From Oligoflexales bacterium (GTDB lineage Bacteria; Bdellovibrionota_B; Oligoflexia; Oligoflexales; JALZUQ01), in NCBI GenBank assembly GCA_023301465.1, contig JALZUQ010000001.1, forward strand, positions 105,225 through 169,224: a stretch of DNA of 64,000 bases, in the 5' to 3' direction. Both the position numbers and the translations under genes were made by a program. The notes under the pieces were generated by a model. It was not told where the DNA came from. It saw nothing but the letters and a program-made list of their open reading frames with translations, and ran no database searches. This document shows positions 36,262 through 42,635 of the stretch, piece by piece. Position 1 is the first letter of the stretch; the number at the start of each line of letters is the position of its first letter.

Positions 36262-37215
36262 TTGGAAACCATAAGTTTTATCGCTCGTAAACTTTGCTAC
36301 TCCGTCCCATTAATGTTCGGTGTCACACTTATTAGTTTCGTTCTTATGGTTTATTTTGGGCCCGATAAAACCTATGATTTATTGGGTAAGAACCCAACAA
36401 AAGAAGAAATTGCTGAAGTTAGGCATGAGCTTGGTTACGATAAGCCGTTTATCACGAGATATGGAGACTACTTATCTGAGATCGTGAAATTTGATTTTGG
36501 CCATTCAGACTCTACTGGTGAAAGAGTGATTTCAATTTTCAAGAAATCGGTTCCTGTTACGGTTGCATTGGCGATCCCTGGTTTTTTGTTTGGGAATCTT
36601 ATCGCCATTTTTCTCGCACTTTTAGCGTCTTATAACCGCGGGAAGTGGCAAGACAAAATTATTATGATTGGGTCTGTGGTTGGAATGAGCATTAGCTTAC
36701 TGGTGGTTATTATTGCTTTTCAGGTACTCTTTTGTTCTTCTTACGGGCTTAATATGTTTCCTGTGCAGGGTTGGGAAGTCAATAGCATTTGGGACTATAT
36801 GAAATACGTAACAGTGCCCACAATGTCGACGGTCTTTGTTGCGGTTGGGTATAATACTAGGTTTTACCGGGCTGTGTTTGTTGAAGAGATGACTCGTGAT
36901 CATGTGCGAACTGCTAGGGCATATGGCTGCCCGCCTCTTCGTCTGCTTTTTAAGTCTATTTTAAAAAACAGTATGATACCAATCATCACCCGTGTCATAT
37001 TTACTCTGCCGTTTATTATCATTGGCGGTAGTATTTTAATAGAGTCTTATTTTGGGATTCCGGGTGTTGGGCTTGTGACGTTTGATGCAATTACTTCAGG
37101 CGATCAACCTATTTTAAAAGCTGTTGTAGTAATGACGGCGATTATGTACGTGGTTGTTTTAACATTAACGGACATTTTATATAAAACAGTTGATCCGCGT
37201 ATTAGCTTGGCTTAG
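36262..37215 (+). CDS. Peptide ABC transporter permease (OppB/DppB-like)
   Basis: 317 aa, six TM segments. BPD_transp_1 EAA-type loop (VEEMTRDHVRTARAYG). Confidence 0.88.
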   Translation: METISFIARKLCYSVPLMFGVTLISFVLMVYFGPDKTYDLLGKNPTKEEIAEVRHELGYDKPFITRYGDYLSEIVKFDFGHSDSTGERVISIFKKSVPVTVALAIPGFLFGNLIAIFLALLASYNRGKWQDKIIMIGSVVGMSISLLVVIIAFQVLFCSSYGLNMFPVQGWEVNSIWDYMKYVTVPTMSTVFVAVGYNTRFYRAVFVEEMTRDHVRTARAYGCPPLRLLFKSILKNSMIPIITRVIFTLPFIIIGGSILIESYFGIPGVGLVTFDAITSGDQPILKAVVVMTAIMYVVVLTLTDILYKTVDPRISLA

Positions 37216-37220
37216 AGGGA

Positions 37221-38096
37221 GTGTTGATAGTGGCGGTTGTTGAAAAACGCGATAACTTATGGAAGAAATCGACCAGAAAATTCTTAAAAGATAAAGCAGG
37301 GCTTACAGCCTTAGCGATTGTTTTGGTGTATTTTTTCATAGCTCTTTTAGTTTGGGCAGGGCTTGTAGCTACCGAGTGGGACGAGCTTTTGGCTGAAGGA
37401 AGAGAAACTCCATCTTTGACGTATTGGTTCGGAACAAACATTAACGGCCAAGATATTTTTCAAAGAGCTATTTTTAGTACAAAAACAGCATTTGAGGTTG
37501 GGATGGTCGTTGCTATCATGTCTACTATCGTCGGTGCAATTGCAGGTGCTATCGCAGGCTTCTTTTCTGGCACTTGGATTGATGAAGTGGTGCTGTGGAT
37601 CTATAGTACCATTGAGTGTATCCCGTTTTATTTATTTGTTGCAGCGATTGCGTTCGCTCTTCAAGACAACCCGTTTGCAATGCACATCGCTATGGTTGCA
37701 ACTTTTTGGACTGGTACAGGAAGAATTGTAAGAGGGGAAGTTATTAAGCTTAAAAACCAAGAGTTTGTAGATGCTGCTCATACGATCGGTATTTCCAAAA
37801 CAAGAATTATTTTTCGTCACATTCTTCCAAATACATCTCATATACTTTTGGTTCAAGCTTCATTGAGTTTTGTTGCTGCGATCAAGTCTGAAGTTATTCT
37901 TAGTTTTTTAGGGCTGGGTGTAAAAGATGGCATCAGTTGGGGTTTGATGATTGCTGAATCAACCGATGAAATCGCTGCAGGAATCTTTGAGAATTTCTTA
38001 GCTGCTTCGGTGTTTTTGTTTATTTTGGTGATCGCGTTCAATATGTTTTCTGATGCTCTGCAAGACGCACTTGATCCAAAGAAGGTGTCCGCATGA
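37221..38096 (+). CDS. Peptide ABC transporter permease (OppC/DppC-like)
   Basis: 291 aa polytopic protein. EAA-type loop (KNQEFVDAAHTIGISK). Confidence 0.88.
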   Translation: MLIVAVVEKRDNLWKKSTRKFLKDKAGLTALAIVLVYFFIALLVWAGLVATEWDELLAEGRETPSLTYWFGTNINGQDIFQRAIFSTKTAFEVGMVVAIMSTIVGAIAGAIAGFFSGTWIDEVVLWIYSTIECIPFYLFVAAIAFALQDNPFAMHIAMVATFWTGTGRIVRGEVIKLKNQEFVDAAHTIGISKTRIIFRHILPNTSHILLVQASLSFVAAIKSEVILSFLGLGVKDGISWGLMIAESTDEIAAGIFENFLAASVFLFILVIAFNMFSDALQDALDPKKVSA

Positions 38097-39064
38097 GTTT
38101 ATTAGAAGTAAAAGACTTAGTGGTTGAATTTAAAACGGACAAGGGCATCGCCAGAGCAATTAATGGTGTGAGCTTCTCTATTGAAGAGGGCGAGACAGTT
38201 GGTTTGGTGGGGGAGTCTGGAAGCGGAAAGTCGGTGTCAGCACTGTCAGTGCTGGGTTTGGTTCCATCACCTCCCGGTAAAATCATGTCTGGTTCAATCA
38301 AGTTATCTGGGCGAGATTTGATTGGCTTGCCAGAATCCGAGTACCGAAAAATTCGCGGTAGTGAAATATCTATGATCTTTCAAGAGCCTATGACGGCATT
38401 GAATCCGGTTTTTAAGGTAGGTACTCAAATGGTTGATGTATTGTGTCAACACCAAAAACTCTCACGCTCACAAGCAAAAGAAAAATGCATTGAGATGCTA
38501 AGAAGTGTAAGAATCCCCTCTCCAGAAAAACGAATTAATGAATATCCTCACCAGCTTTCTGGCGGCATGCGTCAACGGGTTATGATTGGAATGGCTTTGA
38601 GTTGTGGCCCAAAATTGCTTTTAGCAGATGAGCCAACAACGGCGTTGGACGTGACAACTCAAGCACAGGTTCTTGATGAAATTAACCAGTTAAAATCTGA
38701 GCTTAACATGGCAATGCTTTTAATAACTCATGACATGGGGGTTGTTGCAGAAACCTGTGACAGAGTTATTGTAATGTATTGTGGTCAAATCATAGAATCA
38801 GGCACCGTTAAAGAGATTTTTGAACGCCCAAAACACCCGTACACAAGGGGTTTACTAGATTCTATTCCTGTCGTAAGAGAAAAGAAGTTGTCAAAACTAC
38901 CAACCATCGAAGGTGTTGTCCCTGACCTTACGGCTCTTCCAGATGGATGTAGGTTTGCAGATCGTTGTCACCAATCTTCCGAAAAATGTTTAGTAGAAAT
39001 CCCCGTTTTTCATGATGGCGTTGCCTGTTTTAATCCTTATGATTCTTTAAGAGGTGTTCAGTGA
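38093..39064 (+). CDS. Peptide ABC transporter ATP-binding protein (OppD/DppD-like)
   Basis: Walker A GESGSGKS, signature LSGGMRQR, Walker B LLLADEPT. C-terminal oligopeptide-type Cys-containing extension. Confidence 0.92.
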   Translation: MSLLEVKDLVVEFKTDKGIARAINGVSFSIEEGETVGLVGESGSGKSVSALSVLGLVPSPPGKIMSGSIKLSGRDLIGLPESEYRKIRGSEISMIFQEPMTALNPVFKVGTQMVDVLCQHQKLSRSQAKEKCIEMLRSVRIPSPEKRINEYPHQLSGGMRQRVMIGMALSCGPKLLLADEPTTALDVTTQAQVLDEINQLKSELNMAMLLITHDMGVVAETCDRVIVMYCGQIIESGTVKEIFERPKHPYTRGLLDSIPVVREKKLSKLPTIEGVVPDLTALPDGCRFADRCHQSSEKCLVEIPVFHDGVACFNPYDSLRGVQ

Positions 39065-40020
39065 GTTTATTAGAAGTTAAAGGACTCAAAAAATACTTTC
39101 CGATCAAGGGAGGTTTTTTTCAAAGAGTTGTAAATAATTTAAAAGCAGTCGATGACGTTTCATTTAAGTTGGAGGCTGGTAAGACCTTGGGTGTTGTTGG
39201 TGAGTCCGGTTGCGGAAAATCAACTCTGGGTCGAACCATTGTCAGGTTGTACGAGCCCAGTGCTGGCCAAGTGCTTTTTGATGGTAAAGATATTTCTACA
39301 TCTTCGCGTAAGGAGCTAAAGCCTCTGCGTCGAGATTTTCAAATGATCTTTCAAGACCCTTACTCCTCTTTAAATCCAAGAATGACCGTTTATAATATTT
39401 TACGTGAACCCCTTGATACACATAGAATTGGAACGCCAACTGAACGAGATAAAAAAATTAGAGAGCTCTTTGACTTCGTGGGCCTTCGCAGTGCTCAACT
39501 TAACCGGTATCCACACGAATTTAGTGGTGGCCAAAGACAAAGAATTTCTATTGCACGTGCATTAACTTTAAACCCTAAGTTAATTATTGCTGATGAACCT
39601 GTGTCAGCATTAGATGTCTCGGTTCAGTCTCAGGTGCTTAACTTAATTAGTGATTTACAAAAAGAGTTCGGAATTGCTTTTTTGTTTATTGCCCACGATC
39701 TAGCTGTCGTTCAGCATGTTTCTGATGAAGTCGCGGTTATGTATTTGGGTAAAATTGTAGAGAAAGCACCAGCAGAAAAACTTTATGCGTCGCCTAAGCA
39801 TCCATATACGCAAGCGTTGTTGTCGGCAATTCCACACCCTGAGCCGGGAAAACAAAAAGAACGCATTAAGCTTCAAGGAGAAATCCCATCTCCAATAAAC
39901 CCGCCATCTGGTTGTACTTTTCATACAAGATGCCCTATGGCCACAGATTTGTGTAAGAAAGAAAAACCTGTAAGCAAAGTAGTCGATTTAAATCATATTG
40001 TGAGCTGCCACTATAGTTAA
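39061..40020 (+). CDS. Peptide ABC transporter ATP-binding protein (OppF/DppF-like)
   Basis: Walker A GESGCGKS, signature FSGGQRQR, Walker B LIIADEPV. 4-nt overlap with the preceding ATPase gene. Confidence 0.92.
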   Translation: MSLLEVKGLKKYFPIKGGFFQRVVNNLKAVDDVSFKLEAGKTLGVVGESGCGKSTLGRTIVRLYEPSAGQVLFDGKDISTSSRKELKPLRRDFQMIFQDPYSSLNPRMTVYNILREPLDTHRIGTPTERDKKIRELFDFVGLRSAQLNRYPHEFSGGQRQRISIARALTLNPKLIIADEPVSALDVSVQSQVLNLISDLQKEFGIAFLFIAHDLAVVQHVSDEVAVMYLGKIVEKAPAEKLYASPKHPYTQALLSAIPHPEPGKQKERIKLQGEIPSPINPPSGCTFHTRCPMATDLCKKEKPVSKVVDLNHIVSCHYS

Positions 40021-40040
40021 TAGGTCTTGTTTTAGACTTA

Positions 40041-41663
40041 TTATTGAGGAACGTGGCGTTGTCGTAGAATGGCTTCAATTTCTGGTATTGATAAATCATA
40101 TTTCAAGTCAATAAATCCAGGATTATTTATTTGTGTGAACTTTTCGATATATATCGTATTCACATCTAAATTAAAACGATCATATTGGGGGTTGTCTTTA
40201 AAGACTTCAATTAAACGTTGATGCATTAGGGTGAATTGGTGTGAAGTAATGTTTGTTCCTTTAGAAACGTTAACATTTTCAGCGATTGACTCTAATGGGT
40301 TTTTTATTAATTCAATTCTTTTACTGAGCAAGTCAATTATCTCTTGAGTATCGCTGCCTTCTTTAATGTATATCAAAGCTTCAGATGGATTTAATTTAGT
40401 TTTGTTCTCAACATAGATAGATTTAAGCTGCAGTTGATCTATGGTGTTTTGATCAAGTTTGGCTAGAGCATTAACGATAGTGGCGGTGGTTTTTTTACAC
40501 GTCGTGTATTCTATCGCATCGTCGCATTTAATAGTTATTCCTTTAGATTCTACTTCAAGTGTTAGCAATAGTTCTATGTTTTTTCTTTTTTTAATCCAAG
40601 AACTGATGAAAGAGTTAATTTCTTCTTCATTTGCATTTGAAGGAATATCTATAAAATGATTTTCAACTAAAGATGAAGTGTTCTCAATATAAATAGTACC
40701 TAGTTCTTCTAAGGAGCTTTGGGTTTTATAGTATTTGTTTAAAACAGACAAGACTCTACTAAAAGCATCTTTGCAAATATCTAATGGTAAGGTTTCATTA
40801 CAAACGATTTTCAAGTCTCTATTCATAAATGTAAAAAGTCTTTTATCTAAAGAATAAAATACTTCAGAGAAATTAGTTTTGGACTCAAAAACTTGCGTAA
40901 TGTGGTCTTGAATAACCCGAATGTCTGTTGATGCTTCATGGCCTAATTGATAATATCTATCCTGTCCGTTGATCACAGATGTTTTGTCTTGTCTCCCGGA
41001 GACTAATATTCCAGTTAATTGATAACTATTTAATTCAAATACAGGTGAGCCAGAGTTTCCGCTGAAGGTGTCGCATCTATGAGTATATGTGAAGCCTTTA
41101 GAGGGACCAATTTGACAGTCATCGGCAATTTTTTTCTTACCCCCTTCAGGGTGGCCGATAACCGCCAAAGGTAGTCCGGCTGTGTTTTTTGCAAAACGAA
41201 GCTCTATAGCTGCTTGCTTAGCGTCGTTTTTTTCTCCAAATACAATCTCCCCAAGAGACGCCAACGCAAAATCTGGTTGCCCTTGAGATATTAATAGTTC
41301 GTTGCACTTAAAAATCACTTGATCTTCGGCGTTTAGCTGCGGAGAGTTTTCATAATTTAATACAAAGTAGGACTGATCACAGGCTTGCTGGTCTTTTAAA
41401 CAGTGCCCAGCTGTTAAAACAAGCCTTTGATTGTTTTTAGAAAATACTGCCCCCGAACAAAACCCCCCATTTTTTACTGGTTTTGATGTGTCCTTTGTTA
41501 ATAGAACGATGGCTTTAGAAAGCTGCTGAAGCTGGGCGTCGTGATGTTTGAATGGGTCAACTCGATTGTCTTTTCCGTATATAGCAGTAAGTTTTGATGG
41601 TGTTGTGTGCTTACAACAAACAAAAGACAAAAAAAGTACAAATATCAAAGCAAATTTTAGCAT
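40041..41663 (-). CDS. Secreted trypsin-like (S1/V8-type) serine protease with three tandem ~85-aa C-terminal repeat modules
   Basis: Signal peptide. Catalytic triad context LTAGHCL (His), DFALASL (Asp), GNSGSPVF (Ser). C-terminal half carries three homologous modules, each with an (T/S)IY(I/V)E(N/K) core. Confidence 0.8.
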   Translation of the reverse strand: MLKFALIFVLFLSFVCCKHTTPSKLTAIYGKDNRVDPFKHHDAQLQQLSKAIVLLTKDTSKPVKNGGFCSGAVFSKNNQRLVLTAGHCLKDQQACDQSYFVLNYENSPQLNAEDQVIFKCNELLISQGQPDFALASLGEIVFGEKNDAKQAAIELRFAKNTAGLPLAVIGHPEGGKKKIADDCQIGPSKGFTYTHRCDTFSGNSGSPVFELNSYQLTGILVSGRQDKTSVINGQDRYYQLGHEASTDIRVIQDHITQVFESKTNFSEVFYSLDKRLFTFMNRDLKIVCNETLPLDICKDAFSRVLSVLNKYYKTQSSLEELGTIYIENTSSLVENHFIDIPSNANEEEINSFISSWIKKRKNIELLLTLEVESKGITIKCDDAIEYTTCKKTTATIVNALAKLDQNTIDQLQLKSIYVENKTKLNPSEALIYIKEGSDTQEIIDLLSKRIELIKNPLESIAENVNVSKGTNITSHQFTLMHQRLIEVFKDNPQYDRFNLDVNTIYIEKFTQINNPGFIDLKYDLSIPEIEAILRQRHVPQ

Positions 41664-41883
41664 TTGAGCCTTTTAAAAGTGAGATGAGGGTTTATGGTAT
41701 ATTATTATGTTTTTATATTTTATGCAAAATGCTGTTCCGCTATCTGCTTACAGAGCTAATTTAAGTGTGAAATTACCTGTGCTTCTTACCGCCGCAAGGT
41801 TTAAAAAAATTATGCTTGCTGCTAAAGAAGTTACGGCGGTTATCCACCATGGATTGATACGAGAGAGAAATTAGAGGCGTCGT

Positions 41884-41901
41884 ACCCGGAGCGATTCGAA
41901 C
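41884..41901 (-). repeat. 18-nt exact duplicate of the tRNA-Arg T-arm/acceptor 3' segment (GTTCGAATCGCTCCGGGT), not part of a foldable tRNA
   Basis: Identical to 42009-42026. The flanking sequence has no complementary acceptor 5' strand and no T-stem pairing. Confidence 0.8.
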
Positions 41902-42002
41902 AGGCTCCGCGAGCTTGCGAGTGGACTGGACCCGTTACAAACAGCTGGGCGTTTTAAGGCTTGGTGTTTTCAAATATCATTAGATTATGAAGAAATTATA
42001 GG

Positions 42003-42079
42003 TGGCGCACCCGGAGCGATTCGAACGCCCGACCCTCTGATTCGTAGTCAGATACTCTATCCAGCTGAGCTACGGGTGC
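42003..42079 (-). tRNA. tRNA-Arg (anticodon ACG), CCA encoded
   Basis: Manual cloverleaf: GCACCCG-TA-GCTC-AGCTGGATA-GAGT-A-TCTGA-CTACGAA-TCAGA-GGGTC-GGGCG-TTCGAAT-CGCTC-CGGGTGC-G-CCA. 77 nt; all stems pair. Confidence 0.93.
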
Positions 42080-42348
42080 TTTAGCCACGACAGCAAGCTA
42101 CCTCTAAATAATCAAAGGTGCAAGAACTAACCATGCAGCCTAGAAATCGTACATAAATGTTATCCAAGTCTCATCAACATCTAACCCACAGCACTTTGGG
42201 GATAACTCCGTTTTTGACTGTGTTTACCATGGATTAAAAAACCCCATTCACAGGATGTCCACAGCCTGTTTGACCGCTATTTTTGTAGGAAAAAAATGTG
42301 TTTGAAATAACTTGGCAAATGGAATTTTTTTCCGTTACCATTTTATTT

Positions 42349-42397
42349 CCTCTTTAGATTAAAAACATCGGGCCTTTTGTTTTTTAATCTAAAGAGG
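42349..42397 (+). repeat. Perfect 17-bp inverted repeat (CCTCTTTAGATTAAAAA-N15-TTTTTAATCTAAAGAGG) followed by TTTTCT; hairpin, terminator-like or operator
   Basis: Read directly from the sequence. Lies between tRNA-Arg and the nrdA promoter, with no annotated upstream + strand gene. Confidence 0.6.
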
Positions 42398-42470
42398 TTT
42401 TCTGATCTAAATGGATAGTGGGCGTTTTTATTCATAATGATCTATTTTCATCAGTGCGAATGAACTCGAC

Positions 42471-42517
42471 ACACTATATTTGGTGGTTGACAGAGATCGT
42501 GACACTAGATACGCTTT
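42471..42517 (+). promoter_or_regulatory. Tandem NrdR boxes bracketing/overlapping a sigma-70-type nrdA promoter (-35 TTGACA 42487-42492, -10 TACGCT 42510-42515)
   Basis: Box 1 ACACTATATTTGGTGG (42471-42486) matches the NrdR consensus acaCwAtATaTwGtgt at 13 of 16 positions. Box 2 ACACTAGATACGCTTT (42502-42517) keeps only the left half. Box starts are 31 bp apart, as is usual for NrdR tandem sites. Confidence 0.55.
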
Positions 42518-42635
42518 AAGTTAAGGGCCCCGCAAAGTTAAGAAATAGATAAAACTCATCCATCTAATTGCACAAATTAGTGCCATGGGACTCTGTTTCT
42601 CTAAAATCAGAGCATTTTTTTTAGGGGAGGAAACA

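Noticed and set aside
41876-41951. Possible second tRNA gene next to tRNA-Arg, because of the TTCGAATCGCTCCGGGT segment
   Set aside because: The reverse-complement read (CGCCCAGCTGTTTGTAACGGG...GAGCCTGTTCGAATCGCTCCGGGTACGACGCC) has no 5' strand complementary to CGGGTAC. The T-stem GCCTG/CGCTC does not pair. There is no CCA or plausible anticodon arm. Treated as a duplicated fragment only.
41840-42400. Chromosomal replication origin (DnaA-box-like motifs plus AT-rich DNA)
   Set aside because: No dnaA, dnaN, gidA or parAB genes are adjacent. No box is an exact TTATCCACA, and I see no clear AT-rich 13-mer DUE array. Regulation of nrdA by DnaA is the more economical reading.
42585-42635. Upstream in-frame extension of nrdA (MGLCFSKIRAFFLGEET) or a leader peptide
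   Set aside because: A strong GGGGAGG Shine-Dalgarno sits 6 nt before the ATG at 42636 and none precedes 42585. The extension is not NrdA-like. Treated as 5' UTR.
42100-42635. Cobalamin or other riboswitch in the long nrdA upstream region
   Set aside because: I could not find a B12-box-like core or any other conserved riboswitch core. The predicted promoter leaves only about 120 nt of leader. A covariance-model scan would be needed to exclude it fully.
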